Origin: an uncultured Candidatus Saccharibacteria bacterium
Lineage (GTDB): Bacteria > Patescibacteriota > Doudnabacteria > UBA920 > 2-01-FULL-46-14
Length of the DNA: 64,000 nt
Assembly (NCBI GenBank): GCA_964396685.1
Contig: CAYNFS010000001.1
Span: forward strand, 16,638 to 80,637
Direction of reading: 5' to 3'
The notes under the pieces were generated by a model that saw nothing but the letters and a program-made list of their open reading frames with translations, was not told where the DNA came from and did not search any database. The position numbers and the translations under genes were made by a program. This document shows positions 17,886 through 26,998 of the stretch, piece by piece. The number at the start of each line of letters is the position of its first letter. Within the stretch, counting starts at the first letter, position 1.

Positions 17886-18695
17886 TTAATTCATAAAAGC
17901 ATGTTGCATTATAAAAGCCTTGCTGGCGCTACCCGGAAGCGAAAATATTTCAAGAACGCTAAATCCGTTTTCCTCTGCCGTTTTAATCATCATTTCTTCA
18001 TTTTGCCATCTTGTATTGACAGCAAATATAAGTTTAGCTTGTCTGTATCTTTCCGGTAACTCCCTAAGAGCCCGCACTATCAATTCTCTTCCGGTTGGTC
18101 CGCCATCGGCCGGACGGCCAAAAAGAACTTTTTCCTTAACTGCTGCACTCGGTACGTAAGGAGGATTCCAGGTGATATAATCTGGTTTTTCTGGTAATTT
18201 ATCACTATCGGAAAAAGGGTGATAAATATCAGAATGTATAAATCTCACATTGGCTTTATTAGCTTTAGCCGTTATTTTACTGCTAGCAATATATGGTTTA
18301 TGTATCTCTAAAACAGTCACCGGCATATTCTTTTCGATACTTAAGACGCAAGCTTCGGTCGCAAAGGGCCCAGATCCTATCGCCAATACAGTACTTGTGG
18401 GGTCAATGTATTTAAGCATCGCGGCCATAAGTACCGGCGTGGAATTATCCCACGCACCTTGTCCTTTCAAATCTGGGTCCAAAAAGGGATTTATATCTAA
18501 TCCGAATACTGCTTTTGCAAATGACGCGGAATGGCGCATCCGGGTTATATCTGCCGTAAAACCAAACTTGCTATAAAAATTGCTAAGTTGTGCCGCAAAG
18601 ATTTTTAGACACTCTTCCCTGTTGCGACCTTTTTTTACAGCATTCAAAATAATCTTGAAAGGCGCTTCCTCTTCCTTAATGGAACGGTAAATCAT
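17886..18695 (-). CDS. class I SAM-dependent methyltransferase with NPPY motif (HemK/PrmC-like amino-N methyltransferase fold)
   Basis: Motif I AIGSGPFATEA and catalytic tetrapeptide NPPY (ITWNPPYVPS). Confidence 0.6.
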   Translation of the reverse strand: MIYRSIKEEEAPFKIILNAVKKGRNREECLKIFAAQLSNFYSKFGFTADITRMRHSASFAKAVFGLDINPFLDPDLKGQGAWDNSTPVLMAAMLKYIDPTSTVLAIGSGPFATEACVLSIEKNMPVTVLEIHKPYIASSKITAKANKANVRFIHSDIYHPFSDSDKLPEKPDYITWNPPYVPSAAVKEKVLFGRPADGGPTGRELIVRALRELPERYRQAKLIFAVNTRWQNEEMMIKTAEENGFSVLEIFSLPGSASKAFIMQHAFMN

Positions 18696-18724
18696 CTATA
18701 TCTTCTCCTTAATTAAGTTTAGAA

Positions 18725-20482
18725 TCATTTACGGTGTTTGTTTATCAAATAGCGGCCAATGGCCAGTGCATCCAAACCCGTTGCCCAAAAAGTGCGCAGT
18801 GCATCCTGGATGGAACAGACAATCGGCTCGCCTTTCACATTAAAGGAAGTATTAAGTAGCACAGGAACTCCGGTTTTGCTCTCAAACGTTTTCAGCAGCC
18901 TATGATACAGCGGATTTACGTCCTCTCTTACGGTCTGAACGCGCGCGGTCCCGTCTATGTGCACGATCCCTGGCGCCTCTTTTTTCAATCGGTCATTGGC
19001 GAGAAACGCGAGATTCATAAACGGCGCCTCACAGAATTTATCAAAATAGCGATCCATAGCTTCCAACGGTAGAGACGGACAAAACGGCCGCCAATATTCG
19101 CGGAATTTCACCACGGCATTGACTTTGTCGCGATTTTTCACGTCCCTTGGGTCAGCCAAAATACTTCTCTGCCCAAGCGCCCTGGGTCCCGCTTCCATGC
19201 GGCCCTGAAACCAGGCGACCATACGGCCCGCTGCAAGAGCGCTGGCAACCGGCTTGCAAATGTCATCAAATTTTTCGTACGGAACATGCGTCATTTTCAG
19301 AACCTCCTCTATTTCCTCATCAGAAAATTCCGGCCCCAGGGCCAAGCTTTCCAATTTTTCCGGCCTGGCCCCAGTTTCCTGAAAAGAAGCCGCCAGAGCG
19401 ACGCCAGCCGCTGTGCCCGCATCATTGCATAAAGGATGAGCAAAGATCCGCCCCACTTCCGGCAGTAGAAAAATCGCACTATTCATTTTGATGTTGTGAG
19501 CAATTCCGCCCCCGACGCAGACATTCTGAATTCCCGTTTCCGAAATTGCCCAAAGCGCCAGACGGTTTACCGCTTCCTCTAATTTTTTTTGCACGGCAAA
19601 AGCGAGATTCTCGTGCCAAGCGGTAATCCCCTCGTCAGGCAAACGGGGGTTTTTCCCAAGAAGAACTATCAATTCGTCAGTAAAACGGCCTGAAAAAGAA
19701 TGCTTGCCGTAATGAATGTAGCGCGGATCAAGGCGGTATTCGATTCCATCTTCAGCCTGGCGAATCACCTGGTTAAGCTTGGACGTGAAATCCTCGTCTA
19801 AGCCGCCGTACGCCGACAATCCCATAACTTTGTATTCTCCGTCTTTGGAGCGAAATCCTAAAAATTCCGTAATAGCCGAATACAGCCAACCTAGGGAATG
19901 AGGCATGAGAATTTCCCGCATCGGCTTGATTTCATCTCCCTCGCAGCGCCACACCACGGCGCAGTGCTTGTCACCGGAACCATCTATAGTAAGACAAACA
20001 GCTTCATTAAAACCGGATTGCATGTAGGAATGAAAGGCGTGAGTATAATGATGCGGCATGTGAATGATTGGCGGCATTTTGATGTCGCCAAAAACCTTAC
20101 GCCAGTTCTTGTAATGGATATTTTCCATGCCTTCAAAGTTATGTCCGGAAATCATATAATTCTGCCAAGCTTTGGTTTGATTGTCCACCGGCCATGTTTT
20201 GGCCATCTCATCAAAAAATTTTCTCATAGTCCCGTCAGAATAGGCTTTGACGTTCCATGCTACTCCCACCCCGGCTATATCTTGCATTGATATACCTGCA
20301 CGTTTGAGGCAATATTTCAAAGCTCTGATCGGGTATATCCCGACCCCGTGCTTGTGGCGAATAAAGCGTTCTTCTTCGGCCAGGCCCAAGACTTTTCCAT
20401 CCCTGACTACGGCCACCGACGGATCCACCGGCTCAGCATTTATGCCAAGATAAATTTGTGACTTTTTTTCCATGTTCATCAA
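18725..20482 (-). CDS. carbamoyltransferase (NodU/CmcH/NovN family), full length
   Basis: Carbam_trans_N (ASKHA/Kae1-like) and C-terminal carbamoyl-phosphate-binding domain. Length 585 aa. Confidence 0.85.
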   Translation of the reverse strand: MMNMEKKSQIYLGINAEPVDPSVAVVRDGKVLGLAEEERFIRHKHGVGIYPIRALKYCLKRAGISMQDIAGVGVAWNVKAYSDGTMRKFFDEMAKTWPVDNQTKAWQNYMISGHNFEGMENIHYKNWRKVFGDIKMPPIIHMPHHYTHAFHSYMQSGFNEAVCLTIDGSGDKHCAVVWRCEGDEIKPMREILMPHSLGWLYSAITEFLGFRSKDGEYKVMGLSAYGGLDEDFTSKLNQVIRQAEDGIEYRLDPRYIHYGKHSFSGRFTDELIVLLGKNPRLPDEGITAWHENLAFAVQKKLEEAVNRLALWAISETGIQNVCVGGGIAHNIKMNSAIFLLPEVGRIFAHPLCNDAGTAAGVALAASFQETGARPEKLESLALGPEFSDEEIEEVLKMTHVPYEKFDDICKPVASALAAGRMVAWFQGRMEAGPRALGQRSILADPRDVKNRDKVNAVVKFREYWRPFCPSLPLEAMDRYFDKFCEAPFMNLAFLANDRLKKEAPGIVHIDGTARVQTVREDVNPLYHRLLKTFESKTGVPVLLNTSFNVKGEPIVCSIQDALRTFWATGLDALAIGRYLINKHRK

Positions 20483-21282
20483 TGCAAGCTTTTATAAATT
20501 TTTAGCACCTCGTCATGGATCTTGCTGTTACTCATCAAAACTCCATCCCGATGATAAAGATCCTCTGTGTTATAGACAAACTCCCGTCCCCAAAGATCAG
20601 TAATCCTGCCACCCGCCTCGGAAATCAAGCAATGAGCCGCGGCCGTATCCCACTGTTTCATCTTGTCTGTGGTCGCCAAATACAATTCTACTGTTCCAGC
20701 CGCCACCAACCCAGCCTTTAGTCCGGCGCTGCCCTGCGAAACGTATTCCCGAACGTTCAATTCGCGGGCCAGGCGCTTGTCTAATTCGGACAAATGATGC
20801 CGGCTCACAACTGCCTTTGCCTGCGAAAGCTGATCCACCAAGCTTACCCAAAGTTTTTGCCATTCACCGTTCTGGTTAAGATAAGCTCCCTCCCCTTTTT
20901 GTGCCGCATAATATCGGCCCGTGGCTGGCTGATATATGACCCCCAAAACCGGAGTACCTGCCTCAACCAAGGCGATCATCACACTAAACTCGCCGGTTTT
21001 GCCTATGAAATCCATGGTGCCGTCCAAAGGATCAACAATCCAAATCCGCTGTGCTTGCACTCTCGCGAGATCATCTTCCTGTTCCTCGGAAAGGATTGGT
21101 AGACCGGAGGAACGCAAAAATTTACTTATCGTATCCTGACTAGCACGGTCAGCAACAGTAACCTCCTCGCGATCCTGTTTGAATTCGGTCTCGAATTCAT
21201 AATGGTAAATGGCCATGATCTTGCTCCCGGCCGCTCTGGCGGCATCAATCGCCAACTTGGTTTCGTTCCAAAAATTCATCAT
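20479..21282 (-). CDS. inositol monophosphatase family protein, CysQ-like 3'(2'),5'-bisphosphate nucleotidase
   Basis: IMPase signature WIVDPLDGT and second metal-binding motif. Immediately downstream of the PAPS-synthase fusion. Confidence 0.75.
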   Translation of the reverse strand: MMNFWNETKLAIDAARAAGSKIMAIYHYEFETEFKQDREEVTVADRASQDTISKFLRSSGLPILSEEQEDDLARVQAQRIWIVDPLDGTMDFIGKTGEFSVMIALVEAGTPVLGVIYQPATGRYYAAQKGEGAYLNQNGEWQKLWVSLVDQLSQAKAVVSRHHLSELDKRLARELNVREYVSQGSAGLKAGLVAAGTVELYLATTDKMKQWDTAAAHCLISEAGGRITDLWGREFVYNTEDLYHRDGVLMSNSKIHDEVLKIYKSLH

Positions 21283-24035
21283 ATCAGCCCCTCGCTTTTA
21301 AGAAATTCCCAAACCTTCTGAACGCTTTGCTCAATGCTTTCACGGTTCGTGCTGATTGTGACATCCGGGTTTTGCGGGATCTCATAAGGATTTGATTCTG
21401 AAAAGCCGATAAGGTTTTTGAGTTGGCCGGCTTTTGCCTGCTGGTACAAACCCTTAGTATCGCGCTTCATGCATTCCTCCAAGGGGCAGTCGGCATACAC
21501 CAGAAAAAAGCTGCCCCCTACTATTTCGCGAACCATCTGCCGATCCGCCTCATATGGCGAAATAACCGGCACGAGCACAAAATCATGCTTTTCTCTTTCC
21601 TCCCGGGCCAGCCGGGCAATCAACTCGTTGTTTTTACGGATGTCCTCGCGGGAAAAACCCAAATTTTTGTGCAAAATCGCCCTGATTTCATCGCCATCCA
21701 GCATTTTCACTTGGTGCCCGAAACGCGAAAGTTCTTGTTTTAATCCTTCAGCCACAGCGGTTTTACCCGAACCGGAAAGTCCCGTAAACCAAAGCACGTG
21801 CCCGGCCGGGGCGGCGCTTGGATGTTTGACAAAAACTTCTTCGCCCCGTTTGATCGCTTCAACTATCATTTGGGAAATTTCCGGGCGCATAAACCATTCG
21901 GGTGGGGCCTCCCCCTTTTCAAACGTTTTTCTGGCTTCGGTGCCGCTGATATGAAGCTTGTCCTCTTCTGAATGCTCGATGCTGTCCATCTCATGGACAT
22001 GGGACTGCATTTTTTTGGAATAAAAAACCTGGTCAAACCGAATGGGAACAATGCCCAAATCAGGAAACTTGTCAAAAATCTCGTGGCTGGCCTTGGGGTG
22101 ATAAAAATCACCGACTCCGGTATGGTCGCGCCCCACGACGAAATGGCTGCAGCCGAAATTTTGCCGGCAAATGGCAGTAAACAGCGCCTCGCGCGGCCCA
22201 GCGTATCGAGAATAAGTAGCAAAAGTTCCCAGCACCACGCTGTCTTTGGGATAAAATTTTTGCATCATCATTTCATAAGCGCCGATGATGTATTTGGCGT
22301 GAAAATCCCCGGCCTTTTTCTTGCCGACGACCGGATGCACAAAAAGTCCGTCAGCGGAAGCTTGATCCATCGCCGCGAGCTGAATAAATTCGTGGGAGCG
22401 ATGAATGACGTTTCGGGTATGAAATCCAACGACCCTCTGCCAGCCGCGCTCGGAAAAAAGCCGTCTTGCTTGCCGCGGCGTCAACTCATACTCCTTGGCT
22501 TCGGAAGGCCGGCGGCGGATGAGATCAATTTTTCCGCCTAGAAACCAAGGCTCAAGCTGTTTGACATGCCGAACTCCCGGATGCTCCTCGTTTTGCGTGC
22601 CATACAGCTTTTGCGCCATTTCGTCCAAATCAAAGCGATACTTATCCTCGACATGTAAAAGAGCCGCCGGCTGATCCGACTCGTCAACGAGAACCACCAC
22701 ATCGCCGACATTAAGGGTGTTGGATTTTTCCTCGGAAACATTCAAAGTGATCGGCAGAGGCCAGATGACGCCGTTTGGCAGACGCATGGAATCCAAAACA
22801 CTGGCCAGTTCCTGGCGGCTCATAAATCCTTCTAAGGGACTGAAAGTGCCAATGGCAATTTGCTCCAAATCCATGTGAATTTCCTGGGATATGGAAATGC
22901 TCGCAAGTTTTCTAAAATCAATGCTCGGCATTTCCACTAATACGCGGTTGACCAATTTTCCTCCGTGGGGCGGCACCAATCCGCTGCTTCGATGCTGGAG
23001 CATAGAAGACGCTTTGGGAAAAGTGCCGGGATTGAGCATGGCTTCGGCCTCGGAAATGAGTTTTAGCATCATGTTCACGCTTTTGATCGGATATTTTCCG
23101 ATCGCGGTTTCCGCGGACAGCACTACGCCATAGGCTCCATCCAAAATAGTGCTCACCACATCATTGGCCTCGGCTCTCGTGGGACGCTTATTTTTTACCA
23201 TCGATTCCAAAAAGTTAGTGGCCACAAAAACCCCTTTGCCGAATTTCTTGGCCTGCCCTATGACGTGCTTTTGCAAAAAGGGAAGCTTTTCAATTGGCGC
23301 CTCTTTGCTCAAATCGCCCCGGTCCAAAAGCAGATAATCAGACGCTTTTATGATCCCCTCAAGGTTGTTCAGGGCGTCCGCGCATTCGATCTTGGAAATT
23401 ATTTTCATTTTCCCCATGCATGCCCTTCGTACTTCTTCCACAAAAGAAGCGGAACGCATGAAAGAAGCGGCAATCATATCTATTCCCTGGCTTAAACCGA
23501 GCTTGATGGATTCATAATCTTTGGATGTGAGAGCGGGCAAATCAAACTTCTTGGGAAATCCGGGATCCACAACAACGGCTTTGTTGCGGCCAACAATCCC
23601 GGCGCTTATCGCACGCGCTCTAATAAATCCTTGGGGCACAGTGGAAATATCAGTAACTCGCAAAATGGCCGTGTCAAAATCCACGTGCAACAGATCCCCT
23701 TTCAGGAGCTGGGAGAGAATGTAAGCGGGTTTCAAGGCGATTGTTCCGGGCCCGCCGATTTTGGGATAAGCACAAATTTTTACTTCTTCGTTTTCATCAA
23801 GATAAATCTGCTCATCAGAAAGTTCTCCGGTTCTGATTTGCGATCCCTCGGTGTCAAGAATAAACGGGATGCCGACTTTTTTTGCAAGGGCGATGAAATA
23901 TTCCAAATCGGCAATCGTGGAGTGGGACATGTTGATCCGCACGAAATCAACCCCGCGCGTTTTAATCATGCGCAAATCGGCTTCGCTTCTAGTCGCGGGT
24001 CCTAGAGTGACTATTAATTTTACTTGTTTATCCAT
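21279..24035 (-). CDS. tri-domain fusion: pyruvate-kinase-like barrel (N) + sulfate adenylyltransferase/ATP sulfurylase (middle) + adenylylsulfate (APS) kinase (C), i.e. a PAPS synthase with an N-terminal PK-like domain
   Basis: PK core motifs (LDTEGSQIRTG, DRGDLSKE, TNFLESM, PTRAEANDV, VLSAETA). Sat motifs (PPHGG, GFHTRNVIHRSHEFIQ, VHPVVGKKKAGD, GRDHTGVG). CysC P-loop WFTGLSGSGKTAVA. A single 918-aa ORF with no internal stop. Confidence 0.85.
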   Translation of the reverse strand: MDKQVKLIVTLGPATRSEADLRMIKTRGVDFVRINMSHSTIADLEYFIALAKKVGIPFILDTEGSQIRTGELSDEQIYLDENEEVKICAYPKIGGPGTIALKPAYILSQLLKGDLLHVDFDTAILRVTDISTVPQGFIRARAISAGIVGRNKAVVVDPGFPKKFDLPALTSKDYESIKLGLSQGIDMIAASFMRSASFVEEVRRACMGKMKIISKIECADALNNLEGIIKASDYLLLDRGDLSKEAPIEKLPFLQKHVIGQAKKFGKGVFVATNFLESMVKNKRPTRAEANDVVSTILDGAYGVVLSAETAIGKYPIKSVNMMLKLISEAEAMLNPGTFPKASSMLQHRSSGLVPPHGGKLVNRVLVEMPSIDFRKLASISISQEIHMDLEQIAIGTFSPLEGFMSRQELASVLDSMRLPNGVIWPLPITLNVSEEKSNTLNVGDVVVLVDESDQPAALLHVEDKYRFDLDEMAQKLYGTQNEEHPGVRHVKQLEPWFLGGKIDLIRRRPSEAKEYELTPRQARRLFSERGWQRVVGFHTRNVIHRSHEFIQLAAMDQASADGLFVHPVVGKKKAGDFHAKYIIGAYEMMMQKFYPKDSVVLGTFATYSRYAGPREALFTAICRQNFGCSHFVVGRDHTGVGDFYHPKASHEIFDKFPDLGIVPIRFDQVFYSKKMQSHVHEMDSIEHSEEDKLHISGTEARKTFEKGEAPPEWFMRPEISQMIVEAIKRGEEVFVKHPSAAPAGHVLWFTGLSGSGKTAVAEGLKQELSRFGHQVKMLDGDEIRAILHKNLGFSREDIRKNNELIARLAREEREKHDFVLVPVISPYEADRQMVREIVGGSFFLVYADCPLEECMKRDTKGLYQQAKAGQLKNLIGFSESNPYEIPQNPDVTISTNRESIEQSVQKVWEFLKSEGLI

Positions 24036-24793
24036 AATTTCAGATAATTGTTAAAGTCTTTATATTTTCTCTGCTTATGTTCATCAAAACGTTTTCTTAA
24101 ACTCAAAAGTTTCACTTCCGCGGTCACTTTCCATATCGCGTACGCCAAATAGTCGGTTGGTGAAATTGCGATCCCGAATAATTCCCTTGGAGGAGTTGCG
24201 CTGTTTCTTTTCCATACCTCGATCCAAGATTCCTTACCTATTTTCTCGGAGAAAATCCAAAAATTTATCAGATCAAAATAACGGCTGGAGATTGCCTCAT
24301 ATAGCACCCAATCGATAAAATACAATCTTTCGGCTTCGAAAAAAATGTGATCCATATGAAAGTCCCCATGCGACGAGCTTTGGCTCATCGAAAGCTTGTC
24401 TAAAATTTTGCTCCAAAATTCCCAATCCTCTTTTGCGTGCATTTTGACAAAATCCTCAAAATAGTGCAGGTCACTAAGCAGTTTCAATGAAACCCGCGGC
24501 CAGCTGTGAAAGCTGACAAAAGCCTTTCTGAAATATTCTTTCATCAAATGTTCTTTCTCGGGATGAGAAGCCAATTCCTTAAGAAGCGGGGTTCTGGATG
24601 CATTGAAGAGAAACTTATAAGACGGCAAATACGAGGAAAAATGTGAGTCTTTTTTGACGGCTGCAATATTTCTTTTCTCCAACCCGGCCTCCCGCCAGGT
24701 CACGGAAGATACTGGAAATTTCCAGACTGTTTTTCCGATGCTTATAACCAAACACCTATTTTCGCGAATAATATTTTGACTAAGTATTTTCAT
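24020..24793 (-). CDS. protein-kinase-like fold phosphotransferase (APH/choline-kinase/Kdo-kinase-like)
   Basis: Catalytic-loop-like HGDFHMDH and downstream FIDW, as in APH/ChoK Brenner motifs. Confidence 0.45.
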   Translation of the reverse strand: MKILSQNIIRENRCLVISIGKTVWKFPVSSVTWREAGLEKRNIAAVKKDSHFSSYLPSYKFLFNASRTPLLKELASHPEKEHLMKEYFRKAFVSFHSWPRVSLKLLSDLHYFEDFVKMHAKEDWEFWSKILDKLSMSQSSSHGDFHMDHIFFEAERLYFIDWVLYEAISSRYFDLINFWIFSEKIGKESWIEVWKRNSATPPRELFGIAISPTDYLAYAIWKVTAEVKLLSLRKRFDEHKQRKYKDFNNYLKLWINK

Positions 24794-24795
24794 AA

Positions 24796-25482
24796 TTATG
24801 GCTCCGCGCGAAAGATTGCCCGCCGCCGCCCGCTTCTAAATGAATCGCTTTCGCCGATTTTTTCGACCCGAGAAAAACCGCAGGAGAGCAAAAACCTCTC
24901 AATCCATTCGTGAGGATTTGCCCCCATATCAGGCAGTTTCCGGGACCACTCATGTATGTCCTCATCTGACTGGCCCATTTCAAAAATCATGGCTTTGCCG
25001 ATTTTCGGCCGTAGCTTTTGCAGGATCAAGCGGCAATAATTCTCGCCATTCTTGTACATCATATGGTGCATGACTGACATAAAAATTACCAGATCGAATC
25101 GCGGCAGCTTGTCTAAAAGTTGCTCGTCCACGCTGCCCAACAAAAATCCGGCGGGCATGATTTTTTCCATTACCAGCTGACTTTGTGCCACGTTTAAGCG
25201 ACGGGTGTTTGACTCGATACCCAAAGAAATGCAGCCGCATTCCTTGGCCGCTTGGATGACATAAAATCCTTCAGCGCAACCCAAGTCGAGCACGCTTTGG
25301 GCCCGGAAAGCCGCAATTTCTTTTTTGATCATTTGCCAGCGATCCAAACAATTTCGATCGCCTGTTTTGATCAACTTTCCCTTTTGGTACACCGGCTGAT
25401 AAACGGAAAAAAATCGGATTAATATTCGATAGTGTAATTCCAGGAGCAATCTTGATAATTTCTGCAGTATTTTTCGAAACAT
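24796..25482 (-). CDS. class I SAM-dependent methyltransferase (ORF track extends to 25623; an internal Met avoids overlap)
   Basis: Motif I VLDLGCAEGFYV. Confidence 0.6.
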   Translation of the reverse strand: MFRKILQKLSRLLLELHYRILIRFFSVYQPVYQKGKLIKTGDRNCLDRWQMIKKEIAAFRAQSVLDLGCAEGFYVIQAAKECGCISLGIESNTRRLNVAQSQLVMEKIMPAGFLLGSVDEQLLDKLPRFDLVIFMSVMHHMMYKNGENYCRLILQKLRPKIGKAMIFEMGQSDEDIHEWSRKLPDMGANPHEWIERFLLSCGFSRVEKIGESDSFRSGRRRAIFRAEP

Positions 25483-25486
25483 ATTC

Positions 25487-26998
25487 TTATTGATTATTTT
25501 TGAGCAAATTCCGTTCAATTTCCTTGCGGTAAATCTGCCACAATTCTTCCTTGTCTCCTCTGCCCCTCTCCCAAGCGGCGATATAATCATAATCGAAACC
25601 GGTATCGTAAACGGCTGCGACAAAATTTTCTAAGCGGCGCTCATTTTCCGCAGTCTTGAGATTGAGTCCCAGCACTTCTTTAATTTTGGCGGAAAGCGTA
25701 GTCATATCAGTGTAATGAAACACGGTTGGAAGTTTGAGCGTGGTGCCCAGATTCCCCAGTTGGATTACCGGCTTCAAGCAAAAGGCCGCTTCTGCCAGGG
25801 TGGTGCCGCTCGGCCCGATGATCAGATCAGCTTGCCGCAGCAGTTCCCCGCTCCCGATGCGATAGTCAACCAATTTAACATTGGGGGTGCGCGCAATTTT
25901 TTCGAGATAAGAGGGGGAGCGCATGCCGTACATGGCCGGATGCTCTTTTACAACCAAAGTGTAGTCGTCGGGGAGGGACTGGGCTACCAGTCTGGCGGTT
26001 TCAATTTGATTGCTGAAAAACGGAGAAATAACATCAATCGACTCTTCGGGCTGAACCTGGAGGGGAAAATAAACAAATTTTTTGATTTGCTCGAAAGGAT
26101 AATATTGATAAGTGTCCATAAATTTCTCGTAAGCTCTCCTGGCATAGTGATCGCGCAAAATAATGCGCGGCGGACGGTAATCAATGGTTATCCCCGTGCT
26201 TTCCAAATAATTGATTTGCGGGTGCAAGTACCATTTCAGTATGTGATAGAAAGGCGACAGTTCCCTGCGAATTTTTTGTTTCCAATTCCGGTGTTTGAAC
26301 TGGGCTTGGGGTGACCGGTTGAATGTCTTTCGGAATTCGTCAATGTATTGCCTGGCCTTTGCTCTGTGAGAAGAATCTTCCTGACCGTTGTTCAAGAGAT
26401 CCACACGCTCGTAAAAAAGCCCGCTGTCATCAAGATAGCTGTGGGTGAAAATAAAGTACCCCTGAACTTTGGAATCAGTTATGCCAATCATAGGCACCCC
26501 GCGCTTTCTGGCATAAAGATAGAACATGATGTGCGGCAGGGAAGCAAAATTGGGAGTGATAATCAAGTCAGGCTTGAAATCCCGAAAAATTATTCGGATA
26601 TACTTGTATGTCGCCGTGACAAAATCGATGATGCCTTCATCTGACACATTTTGGCGGAAAGAGTAATAAAATTTGTCTTTGTACGATCTGACATGGTTGC
26701 GCATGGCAGATACCACAGGCCAAATAGAATCAACATTCAACTCCCGACAAATCTCTTCAAGGGAATATTTCTCTTGGCCCAAATATTTTTTGGGATTGCC
26801 CATAATCTCGTCGTTGCCGATTACCAAATCGTACTTGACCTCGTTTTGGTTCATGACAAATTCGTGGACGGTTCGCTTGAGCGTCAAAGCGGCTAGAGCG
26901 CACCCCTCGGCCTGCAGTTTTTTTGCCAAAAAGTGGCCGATGCCCCGCCCCCAATTACGCTGCTGAAAAATCAAGATTTTTTTGCCTTTGAGGTTCAT
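25487..26998 (-). CDS. large GT-B-like hypothetical protein, paralog 2 (putative KpsC/KpsS-like ulosonic-acid transferase)
   Basis: Shared motifs with 36774..38201 (YFPLQVQPEES / YIPLQYQPERT; VVKEHP / YVKEHP; YLEKIARTPNVKLV / YYEKIARIPKVFLV). Confidence 0.45.
   Translation of the reverse strand: MNLKGKKILIFQQRNWGRGIGHFLAKKLQAEGCALAALTLKRTVHEFVMNQNEVKYDLVIGNDEIMGNPKKYLGQEKYSLEEICRELNVDSIWPVVSAMRNHVRSYKDKFYYSFRQNVSDEGIIDFVTATYKYIRIIFRDFKPDLIITPNFASLPHIMFYLYARKRGVPMIGITDSKVQGYFIFTHSYLDDSGLFYERVDLLNNGQEDSSHRAKARQYIDEFRKTFNRSPQAQFKHRNWKQKIRRELSPFYHILKWYLHPQINYLESTGITIDYRPPRIILRDHYARRAYEKFMDTYQYYPFEQIKKFVYFPLQVQPEESIDVISPFFSNQIETARLVAQSLPDDYTLVVKEHPAMYGMRSPSYLEKIARTPNVKLVDYRIGSGELLRQADLIIGPSGTTLAEAAFCLKPVIQLGNLGTTLKLPTVFHYTDMTTLSAKIKEVLGLNLKTAENERRLENFVAAVYDTGFDYDYIAAWERGRGDKEELWQIYRKEIERNLLKNNQ

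Noticed and set aside
19571-19578. Homopolymeric T8/A8 tracts inside CDSs (also at 482-490, 11669-11676, 39117-39124, 56957-56964) as phase-variation sites
   Set aside because: The genome is AT-rich, and A/T runs of 8 encode Lys/Phe codons commonly. No enrichment is evident, so they are not called.
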